DNA of 64,000 nucleotides from Candidatus Heimdallarchaeota archaeon (GTDB taxonomy: Archaea > Asgardarchaeota > Heimdallarchaeia > Heimdallarchaeales > Kariarchaeaceae). Under the pieces are notes generated by a model, which did not search any database, was not told where the DNA came from, and saw nothing but the letters and a program-made list of their open reading frames with translations. How positions within the stretch are numbered: the stretch's first letter is position 1; every line of letters starts with the position of its first letter. Position numbers and translations under genes: made by a program. The stretch spans positions 12-64,011 of the forward strand of contig WAKA01000204.1 of assembly GCA_015523565.1 (NCBI GenBank). Reading direction: 5' to 3'. Of the stretch, positions 20,269-30,417 are shown piece by piece.

Positions 20269-23200
20269 CTATTTACGTTTTGTACCAATAAATGAAGCAA
20301 TCCCTGGACCACCATTGGATGGTGCCACTTGCCAATCAGAAACTGAGTCCGTATCAATTGTCAAGCTTGTTCGGACAATAGTTTGACCAGTTGATGCAGT
20401 TATGTCCCAACCAGCAACATAATTCTCCCATGCAACAAAATCAATTTCAGTTCCACTTGAATCTTTGAGACTTAGTTTATCACCACTATTGCCCAATGCC
20501 AAATTAAGGTCTCCAAAGTCGGGGTTAAAGCCATATAGTGCGTTAAATCCAGTTGTTGATCGGGCAAATATCAAAAACCCACCTGCCAGGATAATTGTTC
20601 CAGATGCGATCGTATATGTTCTGGAATTGTCGGATATCGTCCAACCTGAAAGGTCAACAGCAGATGACGTAGGATTATAAAGTTCAATCCATTCCTCTTT
20701 GCTATCTGTTCCAGGAGTGTCATAAAGAACCTCAGAGATGATGACATGTGATAGTGATTGATTTAATGTTGTTGCATTGACAAGCATGGATTTTATGCCT
20801 TCATTCCCAGAGGTATCAACAGCGCTTACTTCGTAGGTATAGGTTGTAGAGGCTGTTAATCCAGTATCATTGAACACTGCCATTTGACTTGTCCCTATTA
20901 GATTTCCATTACGATAAATGTTGTAATGATCAAGGTCAGATTCCGTATTTGCATTCCAAACCAAATCTATTTGGGAAGAAGACATAGCACTTGCAACTAA
21001 TCCTTGTACTTGACTAGGGGGAGTAGTATCTGGAGGAATCCAGCTACTTAGATCAAAAATCCCGTCAACAGAATAATGATCAGAAGCACCAGTTGCAGAG
21101 GAGGTATCTCCAACTGTTGAGGAGACCATTTTTGTTGCCATGAAGTCATTTACAACCATAAAATCAATCCTGGATTCATATGGTGCAGTATAGTATGTAT
21201 ATCCAGGTTCAGTTGGATTTAATGTCCTAAACACATCCGTAAATGTATGGACTGAGGAAGAATATTGCGCATAGGTTGCGTTCGTAGGATCTATAAGCAT
21301 AGTCATGGGACCATATCCCAAATTCCCATTTGGAGAGAGGATACCAGTGTCTTGTGGGGAGAATGAATTGAGGTCTCCAGCATAGATAATGTTGGTGTCA
21401 TTGCCCAACCCATCCATATAGTTAATTATTCCTTCTTGTGCCCTTTCTCGTTTGTTTTCATTGGTTGTACCACTAGAGGCCTTCAGATGTGCACCGATTA
21501 GATGGACTACACCAGTTCCAATTGCAAGTGTCACATCAAGAAAATCATGGGAAACATCATAAGTTGACCCATCATCTAAAGTAACGAGTGGGATTGATTT
21601 TCCAGATAGGATTGACACTCTACTTAAAACTACCAGACCAGTGTACATACTTCCTTGACCAAGAGTCATTGCTTGTGAATAAGGGAGTTCAGAAGAGAAA
21701 TAGGTATTTAACTCCACCAGCAGTTTATTTATTGATGAATTTCCACGATCATCAAAATCACCTGCCTCAACAAGAAGAACAATGTCAGCATTTTCTTCCT
21801 TCAATACATCAATATATCCAGGATTTGTGCCTGATGCCTCTATATTGTACGTCATAAATTTCACGGCAGAGTAATTCAAGGGAGTAATTCCAGAATATCC
21901 AGTATTATCGACATTTACAGTTATAGAAATGGTGTTTGTATTGCCAAACATATCTGTAACACTTGCAGAAATGGTATGTGCACCATTTCCATAGCTTGTG
22001 GTATCCCAAAGGTACATGCTTGAAGCAGTCACTTCCATTCCATCTATCGATATGCCCCATTGGTTCATATAGCTTCGATCATTTGCATCCAAGGCAATTG
22101 TTGTCCATCCAGATACAGTTTGACCTTCAGTAAGACCGATAAATGAGATTTGGGGGCTTTCCAATTCTATACCCCAAGATGAAAGGTGACCAGTAGCTGG
22201 ATTTAAGACGGGTTGCGTATTTGTTCCGTCTGCATTTTGTCTTTCCGCGAATTCAGCAGAACAACCTGTTGTTTCTCCAGCCCATGTAACTGCACTAACG
22301 CAATAATAATATGTTGTTCCCACTGCCACATTGCTATCGGCATAATATCCAACAGCCCAATTCAACTCTTGAAGCAAATCCCATGTACCAACTGTTTCAT
22401 TCCATCTCCAAACCAAATATCCTTTTACAATATCAGAAGGAGTATTTCCATTCAAATGAGGTCTCCATGTAATAAAGTTTTCACCAGGATAGCCACTATA
22501 GTGACGTGTCACAATTCTTGGGACAGCCAATGGATCTGTGTCATAATTATCTGCATCTTGCTTGTATTGTTTCACTCTCGCGATATATTTTGATGCAATT
22601 GTTGGGTTATGGATAACTATGGAATTTTCATCGTTGTTATTAAATCCAGAACCGCTCCAGTTAGTGCTACCAGTCCACACTATTGTTCCGTCAAATACTC
22701 CAAACTTATGGTGATATACACCTGGATTCGCATCTACAACACCGCCACCCCATGAAATAATGTCATCTGCTTCACTATAGGCATTTCTCCATCCGCGATA
22801 ATCAAATACGCCAACTATTGTAACTCCCCTATCCCGAGCTCTGACGATTGCGTCATAAATAGTGTCTTCAGTTAAATAAAAGAGGGATAGGTAAATAGAA
22901 CTATTGCTTGAATCTATTAATTCAATTAATCGGGTCAACCCATTATCCTTGGGTGCAAAGTAAGCCTCTATCTGTATAGATCCTGCCATTGCCAATTCTG
23001 CGTTGTTATCTGTTTTTGATGACCCATAAACATTAGAGAACAACTGAGTAAATTCATCGGTATAAATACTTGCCAATTCAATACTTTTCACTTGCACAGC
23101 ATCGTTTGCATTGAACAGCGTTCCTGTTTCTGTCGGATTCCATGAGCCAGTGAAAACATATTCACCGTCCACTATGAAAAATTTGTTGTGCATTATGTTT

Positions 23201-24318
23201 GAGGTTGTAACAGAAGTTACAGAAATCCCTGCATCAACCAATTGCTGGAATTCACCAATATTATCACCATGTGCAGCAATCCGAACCTGTACCCCACGAC
23301 TATTTGCATTGAGTAGCGCATCAATCACAGGTTGCCATGTTAGGTGGTATAAAGCGGCGTCAATACTTATATTTGCACTGTTTAACAAGTTTACAATTCC
23401 TGTTGAAATATTTCCTTCAACTAAATTTTCCATTGTTGGTACGGCAGCCAAGGGATCTGTAAAATAAACCTTTATCAGGTCAGATACGGGACTATTATCA
23501 ACAGTTACATCCTTTGATGCAGTACCTACATTTCCACTGCCATCAGTAGCGTCACAGGCAATAGTATGCAATCCCTGTGTTTCAGAGGTTGTGTCCCATA
23601 AGTAACTTGACGTTTGTGATCTTTCAACACCATCAATTTTTAGGGAATAGCTTGAAATTACTCCAGAATCGTCAGTAGCAGTGCAACTTATTGTCACAGT
23701 TCCAGCCACAACGGTATTTGTTGGACTGTCAATAGTCACCAATGGTGCAGTAATGTCACCATTCCCATATCCAGACCCAGGAGTGCCCAAATCATTTCGA
23801 GCTTGCCAATCATTGCCTGAATCAGTATCCACAGGCATTTGGGATGCATCTTTCATCCTTTCAATGGAGGCATCAACTGCACTTGCAGACCAACCTGCAA
23901 CATAGTTTTCCCAAGCGACATAATCCACAGTTACACCATTATTATCAATTAATGTAAGTTCATCACCACTATTACCCAAAGCCAATGTTATTTGCCCATC
24001 AGGAAGAAATCCATATAATGATTGGAAACCAGCGTTATCCCGTGCGAGAACAAGATAACCACCAGCAGGAATTACAACAGAAGGCAATGCATTGCTTTTT
24101 GTATTGTCTGCGAGAGTCCATCCAGTTACCGAAATTGAGGTGGTAGAGGGATTAAATATCTCTACCCATTCACAAGTTGAATCACATCCTGGGGTATCAT
24201 AAAGAACTTCGCTTATAACCAAGTTTGTTCCAGATGGATTTGACTTTATTCTAAAGTTTACCACACTAAGTGAAATGGTGAGAATTATCAAAATTGACAG
24301 ATAGCTTTTGTTCTTCAA
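20269..24318 (-). CDS. Secreted multidomain nuclease/phosphodiesterase: LTD - Ig - PLD(2xHKD) - FN3 - Ig - EEP - FN3 - LTD
   Basis: 1349 aa with a signal peptide (SYLSILIILTISLSVVNF). Lamin-tail-like domains lie at aa ~32-178 and ~1190-1335 (VISEVLYDTPG.DS..EW.E..NP...GWT..DN ... AWENYVAGW). Two HKD motifs are present (HNKFFIVDG..GSWN at aa 377; HHKFGVFDG..GSTNWS..ND at aa 536). An endonuclease/exonuclease/phosphatase-like region spans aa ~815-1090 (FMTYNIE..DIVLLVEAG..GDLNS..SDHYSV). There are also FN3-like and Ig-like modules. Confidence 0.8.
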   Translation of the reverse strand: MKNKSYLSILIILTISLSVVNFRIKSNPSGTNLVISEVLYDTPGCDSTCEWVEIFNPSTTSISVTGWTLADNTKSNALPSVVIPAGGYLVLARDNAGFQSLYGFLPDGQITLALGNSGDELTLIDNNGVTVDYVAWENYVAGWSASAVDASIERMKDASQMPVDTDSGNDWQARNDLGTPGSGYGNGDITAPLVTIDSPTNTVVAGTVTISCTATDDSGVISSYSLKIDGVERSQTSSYLWDTTSETQGLHTIACDATDGSGNVGTASKDVTVDNSPVSDLIKVYFTDPLAAVPTMENLVEGNISTGIVNLLNSANISIDAALYHLTWQPVIDALLNANSRGVQVRIAAHGDNIGEFQQLVDAGISVTSVTTSNIMHNKFFIVDGEYVFTGSWNPTETGTLFNANDAVQVKSIELASIYTDEFTQLFSNVYGSSKTDNNAELAMAGSIQIEAYFAPKDNGLTRLIELIDSSNSSIYLSLFYLTEDTIYDAIVRARDRGVTIVGVFDYRGWRNAYSEADDIISWGGGVVDANPGVYHHKFGVFDGTIVWTGSTNWSGSGFNNNDENSIVIHNPTIASKYIARVKQYKQDADNYDTDPLAVPRIVTRHYSGYPGENFITWRPHLNGNTPSDIVKGYLVWRWNETVGTWDLLQELNWAVGYYADSNVAVGTTYYYCVSAVTWAGETTGCSAEFAERQNADGTNTQPVLNPATGHLSSWGIELESPQISFIGLTEGQTVSGWTTIALDANDRSYMNQWGISIDGMEVTASSMYLWDTTSYGNGAHTISASVTDMFGNTNTISITVNVDNTGYSGITPLNYSAVKFMTYNIEASGTNPGYIDVLKEENADIVLLVEAGDFDDRGNSSINKLLVELNTYFSSELPYSQAMTLGQGSMYTGLVVLSRVSILSGKSIPLVTLDDGSTYDVSHDFLDVTLAIGTGVVHLIGAHLKASSGTTNENKRERAQEGIINYMDGLGNDTNIIYAGDLNSFSPQDTGILSPNGNLGYGPMTMLIDPTNATYAQYSSSVHTFTDVFRTLNPTEPGYTYYTAPYESRIDFMVVNDFMATKMVSSTVGDTSSATGASDHYSVDGIFDLSSWIPPDTTPPSQVQGLVASAMSSSQIDLVWNANTESDLDHYNIYRNGNLIGTSQMAVFNDTGLTASTTYTYEVSAVDTSGNEGIKSMLVNATTLNQSLSHVIISEVLYDTPGTDSKEEWIELYNPTSSAVDLSGWTISDNSRTYTIASGTIILAGGFLIFARSTTGFNALYGFNPDFGDLNLALGNSGDKLSLKDSSGTEIDFVAWENYVAGWDITASTGQTIVRTSLTIDTDSVSDWQVAPSNGGPGIASFIGTKRK

Positions 24319-24648
24319 TATTTTTCAGTCTCCATTCATTTTCCGTTGATTTCTGAATTCGCAACCATCCCATAAACTATAAATATTGTGAATGCGGATT
24401 TCAATTTTCTGCAATAGTATTACTAACCAAATTAACAACTCTAAAAATGGCATTGAGAAAAGCCAGAAAAATAATATGGCAATTCAAGATTTACAAAAAA
24501 TTGTAACCAGTTGGCGCGTTTTGACTATTCATGAATAATAGTGAAATTGTTCTGTCAAGCCGTTAAAAGTCAAGAAATTTAAACGACGGAATTGGTTTTG
24601 CACAAAAATGACCTTTACTAAATGTCTTTATTTACTAAATGTCTTTAT

Positions 24649-26997
24649 TTATTCATATTTAATTCCCTCAATTGTATTTGTTCTTGCAGATTTGAATGCG
24701 GGAATTATTGCACTTGACAAAATGGAAAATACGGAAATAGCAACAGAAGACAAAACATGCTTGGTTGAAAATATCAATTTCATAGGAATAATTTTTCTGG
24801 TAATAAAATCTACGGTGTTAGCAATTATGACATATCTTGCAAGCGGTATTGCAACCAACGTTGCAAAGAAAGAAGCAATTGTTGCTTCAATAATCAAGGA
24901 GAAAAATATCCATCTTGGTTTTGCTCCGATCATTTTCAAAATAGCAAACTCCTGTTCTCTTTGAAGATTGTTCAGTGTGAACGTATTGATTCCGCCGATA
25001 ATAGCCACAACAATTCCAACAGAAGATATCATAGTTATGAAAAATGAAAAATAAGTTGCCTGTCTTAAGTTGAATTCCCTCCAATATTCCATTGATGTAA
25101 TAGTCCAACCATATGCTTGTATTTTAGGGTCTTCTGACATTTCCAAACCGATTTTGTATCCTTGGCTTGGATCCTTGAGTGAAATATATGCGACATTAAC
25201 AAGACCATTTCCCTCCAAGAAATCTTGAACTTGTTCTAATGGTGCATAAACCATTTTTCCACCATTGTTTTTGTCATTGATCACACCACCAATAATGAAA
25301 CTTTTGCTTTTGGTATATGTTTTGAGAGTAAGATTTTTTCCCACTGGGTTTTGATTTCCCAAATAATCTCTGTTAAAAAGGGAGGTTACAACAATCGAAT
25401 TGTTTTCAGCAAAAGCCCCTTCAGGGAATATAGGTTTAAATTGGTTTGAGCTTGTATTGACACCTAAGAAATTTACAGTCACAGTAGTATTTCCCACAAC
25501 TACGTCAACTTGAGCCCACCAAAGAGTGGTAAAACTTTGGAGCATACTAGGATGATTTTGTGAGAAATATTCAGAGATTATATTTTCCATAATTGTTTTG
25601 TTTTGCATTACAGATGAGGTTATTATTATGTCAGCTGGAAAACTATCCAGAAATTGATCAATTTCATAGGTATAACTATCACTGAGTGACTGTACAGAGA
25701 CCACAAGTGAAACTGCCAATGCAACCATTAAAATGTTCAATGCCATTCTTTTTCGATTTCTGGCAAGATTTCCTATGCTAAAACCAATAATTGAGTCTTT
25801 TGGCACCTTATGTAAAAATTGAGAAACCATGCTATCCTTTTTGAAAAATTGGAGAGGCTTAACTTTAAGTACGCCCACAAGTGCAGGAATTGGAAAGATC
25901 AAAGAAGTAAGAATTGGTACAGCCATCCCAATGACAATTGCATTGATGGGAACAACCAATTCGACCACAGGCAAATTAAATGGTTCTGCAAATTGTTTTA
26001 GAATAAAAGCCCCACTGGCGATGGCAACGCCCACCCCAATTATTGATCCAAAAAACCCTAGTAAAAATGCCTCCAATAAGTAAGCGTAAAATAGTTGATG
26101 TTGACGTCCACCAATAATTTTGAGTAAAGCAATATTTTTTCTTTCTGCGGCAATTGCCATATTAATAGTGCTTGAACAGAGGATTCCGCCAATAAGTATT
26201 CCAATCCCAGAAGTGATGAGGGTAAGAACCTGAAGAACATCAAGTATTTCTTTTCGGGGATCTTCTTGCTTTTCGGGATATTCTACATGTTCAACAAAAA
26301 TACCGTTTTTGTCCATCCGATTAACAATCTCAGTAATTGTAGAGTTCTCAGATTTTATGTACAAAGTTGTGAAGAGTTTTCTTTTCAGGAGTTTATGAAT
26401 ATAATTAAGAGAAACCCAGATATCAATCGCGGATGAGAAGGTATAGCCGAGGTCATTAACATTGGTTGCAAATCCAGTAATTTTTATCGATGTGTTAACA
26501 AGCGACCCTTCTTGGTTTGGGAGATTGAAAGATAAAATGGTTCCTTTTTGAATTCCTAAGGCTTTTGAAGCGGCATTTTCGATTAAACCTTCGCTATCAT
26601 TGGGAAGTGTTCCCTCGTCTATTATGATAGGGAGCAACGATTCATCAGTTGCAATTTTTGAAACATTTATCCCATGAATGGTGATCCTTTGTATTTGCCC
26701 GTTTATTATTGCAGTGGTCATAATTCGATATTGCAAATCATACTGCAAATTGAGTCCACTTACTAATGTTTGATTCCATTCTGCATCCCTGACATAAATA
26801 ATTGCAGTTGGGGAATTAACCATTCCAAATGATTTTTGTGCAGATGTTATGATACTGGTACTGGCAATAATGAATCCAGCAATACCAAGTCCTGCAATTG
26901 CCAATCCAATAATTGTCAGGATAGATCTAAATTTATGGGATCGAAGATTATGAAATGCCAATTTGACCAACAATTTCTTCACCACCAATCTTACCAT
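24649..26997 (-). CDS. ABC transporter permease, FtsX/MacB type (two FtsX modules with large extracytoplasmic domains)
   Basis: 782 aa. The N-terminus [23 protein letters not shown] is a typical FtsX-family start. A second module begins at IGNLARNRKRMALNILMVALAV. Each module has 4 TM helices and conserved ALLKIIGG / AILKMIGA blocks. Confidence 0.85.
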   Translation of the reverse strand: MVRLVVKKLLVKLAFHNLRSHKFRSILTIIGLAIAGLGIAGFIIASTSIITSAQKSFGMVNSPTAIIYVRDAEWNQTLVSGLNLQYDLQYRIMTTAIINGQIQRITIHGINVSKIATDESLLPIIIDEGTLPNDSEGLIENAASKALGIQKGTILSFNLPNQEGSLVNTSIKITGFATNVNDLGYTFSSAIDIWVSLNYIHKLLKRKLFTTLYIKSENSTITEIVNRMDKNGIFVEHVEYPEKQEDPRKEILDVLQVLTLITSGIGILIGGILCSSTINMAIAAERKNIALLKIIGGRQHQLFYAYLLEAFLLGFFGSIIGVGVAIASGAFILKQFAEPFNLPVVELVVPINAIVIGMAVPILTSLIFPIPALVGVLKVKPLQFFKKDSMVSQFLHKVPKDSIIGFSIGNLARNRKRMALNILMVALAVSLVVSVQSLSDSYTYEIDQFLDSFPADIIITSSVMQNKTIMENIISEYFSQNHPSMLQSFTTLWWAQVDVVVGNTTVTVNFLGVNTSSNQFKPIFPEGAFAENNSIVVTSLFNRDYLGNQNPVGKNLTLKTYTKSKSFIIGGVINDKNNGGKMVYAPLEQVQDFLEGNGLVNVAYISLKDPSQGYKIGLEMSEDPKIQAYGWTITSMEYWREFNLRQATYFSFFITMISSVGIVVAIIGGINTFTLNNLQREQEFAILKMIGAKPRWIFFSLIIEATIASFFATLVAIPLARYVIIANTVDFITRKIIPMKLIFSTKHVLSSVAISVFSILSSAIIPAFKSARTNTIEGIKYE

Positions 26998-27667
26998 CTA
27001 CAAGATAGTATTTTTTGTCGGCATAATTTGCAATGCCCATGTCATGAGTAACCATGACAATTGTTGTACCATATTCCAAATTTATTGATTTAAGGAGATC
27101 CATCACCTGTTTTCCTGACAGAGTGTCCAAGTTGCCAGTTGGTTCATCTGCAAAAATCAGTTTTGGACTGGAAATAAGGGCACGTGCTATTGCAACCCTT
27201 TGCATTTGTCCACCGCTTAATTGATGAGGATATTTATTCTCCTCATTTCTTAGACCAACTTTATTCAATAATTCCCGCGCACGTTTTTTTCTATCAGACC
27301 GATTCATTCCTGCAAAATATCCAGCAATACAAATATTGTCCAATACAGTTAACGAAGGGATTAACCCAAAAAATTGAAGCACAAAACCTATATTCTTTGC
27401 CCTAAAATTTGCCAGTTTTGTTTCTGACATTTTGAGTATATTTTGACCTAGCACACGTAACAAAACGTCATTTCTGTTATCAGGATTTGTCAGTCCAGCA
27501 AGAACATAGAGCAAAGTGGATTTTCCACTTCCACTAGGACCCATCAATGCCACAAATTCACCATTTTTCACAGTAAGGTTTACACCATTAAGAGCAAGGG
27601 TTTGATTATAGGTTTTAGAAAGATTATACCCTATAATCACCTTATCATTTTCACTTGTCCAATCCAT
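26948..27667 (-). CDS. ABC transporter ATP-binding protein (MacB/LolD-like)
   Basis: Walker [11 protein letters not shown]-loop, signature [15 protein letters not shown], Walker [13 protein letters not shown], and H-loop VTHD. ATG at 27667 (the track starts at a GTG at 27679). It overlaps the permease start. Confidence 0.9.
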   Translation of the reverse strand: MDWTSENDKVIIGYNLSKTYNQTLALNGVNLTVKNGEFVALMGPSGSGKSTLLYVLAGLTNPDNRNDVLLRVLGQNILKMSETKLANFRAKNIGFVLQFFGLIPSLTVLDNICIAGYFAGMNRSDRKKRARELLNKVGLRNEENKYPHQLSGGQMQRVAIARALISSPKLIFADEPTGNLDTLSGKQVMDLLKSINLEYGTTIVMVTHDMGIANYADKKYYLVDGKIGGEEIVGQIGIS

Positions 27668-27929
27668 AGGTAATATCACGCATAGAACAAATAAAAACCT
27701 TTCCAGAGTGTTACCCCCATTATGATAACAAACAGGTGCAAATATGAATACAATTGATAAATTTGTTTTTTTCAGACATAACAGTAGAGTATGATATTAA
27801 AGAAACAGGAAAAACAGAATAAATTCTTTCATATTTTTTGTGATTTTTTGCGGGGAAATGCGATTAAACCGTTGAGTTAAAATAGAATGACAAAATATTT
27901 TGATTTCCTTAGTATTTGGTGTATTGAAA

Positions 27930-29444
27930 ATGAAGAGCAAAGTTTTGAAGGATTTTGATACCAATGACAGGATTGTTGTATTGAACCCAGCAGATGGAGA
28001 TCCAAGAGACCCAACTACACAATTGGCACAAGTCAGTGTGGCTCAGAAAAGATTGCTGGTAAATGTTGTTTTTTCAGAGGCATTAGTAGAAAAGGGAATG
28101 GTTGGGTTTCCTCCAGCTTTAGCGAAGCAACTAGGGGTAAAAAGTAAAAAGCCAGTAAGCATTGCTCCAAGAAATCGACCGCAAAGCTATGATATCATCA
28201 AGAAAAAATATGACCACAAACCATGGACAAATGATGACATTAGATGCATTTTGGATGATATTTACAATGAAAACCTAACTGATTTGGAAATGGCAGCATT
28301 TACCTTGGCTATCCAATATGAGAACCTGACAATGGAAGAAACAGAAAACCTCACAAAAGGCTTTGCATACCATGGAACTCAATTGACTTTTAATGAACCC
28401 GTGTATGACAAGCACTCCGTTGGAGGAATTGCAGGGAATAAGGTTTCCCTTGTAATTGTCCCAATTGTAGCGGCGGCAGGTCTTCTTATTCCAAAAACGA
28501 GTAGCCGTGCAATCACATCACCGTCGGGGACAGCGGATACAATGGAAGTGTTGGCAGATGTTTCATTTTCAGCAGAAGAAATACAGGAAATTGCACCAAA
28601 AACGAGAGGGATGATTGTGTGGGGAGGTCATTTAAACTTGGCACCTGTTGATTCAAAAATAATTTCACGCATAGAAAGACCACTTGGATTGGATCCAGAA
28701 TCTATAATAATTGCATCAATCCTATCTAAAAAATTGGCAACAGGGGTTAAGCATTTGGTATTGGATATGCCAACAGGTCCAGGGACAAAGCTTGAAACAA
28801 GGGCAAAAGGCACTTCTCTTGCACACAAGTTTGTTGAGATTGGACGGAGGGTTGGCATTGAAGTCGAATGTGCCTTGACTTATGCGGATCAACCAGTTGG
28901 TCATGCCATAGGACCTGCTTTAGAAGCACGAGAGGCGTTGGAGACATTAATGGGGAAAGGTCCAAGAAGTGTCCACGAGAAATCAGTAGAACTTGCAGGG
29001 ATTTTACTTGAAATGGCAAGACTTGCTCCAAAAAGAGAAGGCTCTCGCCTTGCTGATGAGATTTTAAGGAGTGGAAAGGCATTGGAAAAGATGAAGGAAA
29101 TAATTGAGGCACAAAGCGGCAATCCCAACATTAAACCAGAAGACATCGAAGTGGGACAATATACAGCAGAAGTGCGAGCATATGCAGATGGTTACATTTC
29201 CCATATTTCAAACACTGCCATCAAAAAAATTGCGAGAGAGCTAGGTTGTCCAGTAAATAAGAAGGCAGGGATGGTTCTTCTTCATAAAGCAGGTGAATTT
29301 GTAACAAAAGACACACCTCTTTTACGTATTTTTGCGACCAAGGAATCCCATCTTGAACGAGCCCTTAGTGTAGCCAATAATTCACAAATGTATAAACTCG
29401 AGGGGATGGTTATTGAACGTATCTCCGCGGCACCCATCGACTAA
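27930..29444 (+). CDS. deoA: AMP phosphorylase (archaeal thymidine-phosphorylase family, DeoA-type)
   Basis: ~504 aa from the ATG at 27930, with an N-terminal extension preceding the glycosyl-transferase-3 core (DKHSVGGIAGNKVSLVIVPIVAAAG, TSSRAITSPSGTADTME, SILSKKLA). It lies convergent with and adjacent to the R15P-isomerase-like gene. Confidence 0.8.
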   Translation: MKSKVLKDFDTNDRIVVLNPADGDPRDPTTQLAQVSVAQKRLLVNVVFSEALVEKGMVGFPPALAKQLGVKSKKPVSIAPRNRPQSYDIIKKKYDHKPWTNDDIRCILDDIYNENLTDLEMAAFTLAIQYENLTMEETENLTKGFAYHGTQLTFNEPVYDKHSVGGIAGNKVSLVIVPIVAAAGLLIPKTSSRAITSPSGTADTMEVLADVSFSAEEIQEIAPKTRGMIVWGGHLNLAPVDSKIISRIERPLGLDPESIIIASILSKKLATGVKHLVLDMPTGPGTKLETRAKGTSLAHKFVEIGRRVGIEVECALTYADQPVGHAIGPALEAREALETLMGKGPRSVHEKSVELAGILLEMARLAPKREGSRLADEILRSGKALEKMKEIIEAQSGNPNIKPEDIEVGQYTAEVRAYADGYISHISNTAIKKIARELGCPVNKKAGMVLLHKAGEFVTKDTPLLRIFATKESHLERALSVANNSQMYKLEGMVIERISAAPID

Positions 29445-30403
29445 TATTCAACCATGAATGGATATTTTTCTTTAACTAGTTTATACACAAGTTCTGGCGC
29501 AAAAATCCCTTGTTCTGTAATGAGACCATCAATATAATCCCTTGATACGGATTCAAAGGCAGGATTAAGGATTGTAAGATTTTTTGGTGGATTTTCCCAA
29601 TCTTTTGTAATTTCAAAGATTGCTCTTTCCTCGATTTCAGTTCTTTTACCGAACATCGTATCGCTGTCAAACTTAAGTAGGGAACCGCTGACGAAAAATG
29701 GAACATCTGCTTCTTTTGCTGCCAGAGCAAGAAGTCTGGATCCGATTTTATTGATTACAGTTCCAAGAGATGTAACTGCATCCATGCCAATTATAATCAT
29801 ATCTACATTCATTTTTCTCATGACCCATCGCATAGCGGAATCAACAACCTGAGTTGTGGGGATTCCAGCATCAGATAATTCCCTAGCTGTTTTTCGTCCT
29901 TGGTATCTTGGTCTTGTTTCAGTAGCAATTGCTTTTATGTCTTTACCATCTTGGAATGCCTTTATGATTGTTTGTGATGAAAGGCTGGAATGGCAGTGGG
30001 TCATGACAGTATATCCATCTTGTATCAGGCTTGCGCCGTAATTAATAATTTGTTTCTTGGTTGATTTGAGAAGATAAATATAGTAGTCAGCGGCTTCCTT
30101 AAGTGAATGTTGAAGTTGATCGGTTCCATTTCCTAAATTCTCTTTAAGCTTATATTCTATCAATTTAAGACCATTTTGCATGGCAGGCTCAGTTGGTCTT
30201 GTTTTTCGAATAATTTGTTCTGCTTCACGAATATGCTTGACAAATTCAGATTCAGGCATATTGGAAGGAAAAGACAGACCATAATCAACAACTGCCTTAA
30301 CCCCTTCGATTGCGATATTTGTTGCGCCTTGGATATTGAGGTTTATTATATCTTTTGCCACCTTTTTGAGAGTTTCCATATTCAACAAAAAATCGGATGG
30401 CAT
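29441..30403 (-). CDS. Ribose-1,5-bisphosphate isomerase (eIF-2B alpha/beta/delta-like, e2b2)
   Basis: IF-2B family layout, with the Cys block VMTHCHSS and the Asp block IIIGMDAVTSLGTVINKIGS. Context is next to AMP phosphorylase. The start is ambiguous: TTG 30421 overlaps the upstream stop, and ATGs occur at 30403 and 30379. Confidence 0.75.
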   Translation of the reverse strand: MPSDFLLNMETLKKVAKDIINLNIQGATNIAIEGVKAVVDYGLSFPSNMPESEFVKHIREAEQIIRKTRPTEPAMQNGLKLIEYKLKENLGNGTDQLQHSLKEAADYYIYLLKSTKKQIINYGASLIQDGYTVMTHCHSSLSSQTIIKAFQDGKDIKAIATETRPRYQGRKTARELSDAGIPTTQVVDSAMRWVMRKMNVDMIIIGMDAVTSLGTVINKIGSRLLALAAKEADVPFFVSGSLLKFDSDTMFGKRTEIEERAIFEITKDWENPPKNLTILNPAFESVSRDYIDGLITEQGIFAPELVYKLVKEKYPFMVEY

Positions 30404-30417
30404 ATAAATTTGCTTTT

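Noticed and set aside
24608-24964. 118-aa plus-strand ORF overlapping the 3' end of the ABC permease gene
   Set aside because: It is antisense to a permease with clear FtsX-family features. Its hydrophobic translation mirrors the TM-coding strand, so it is a shadow ORF.
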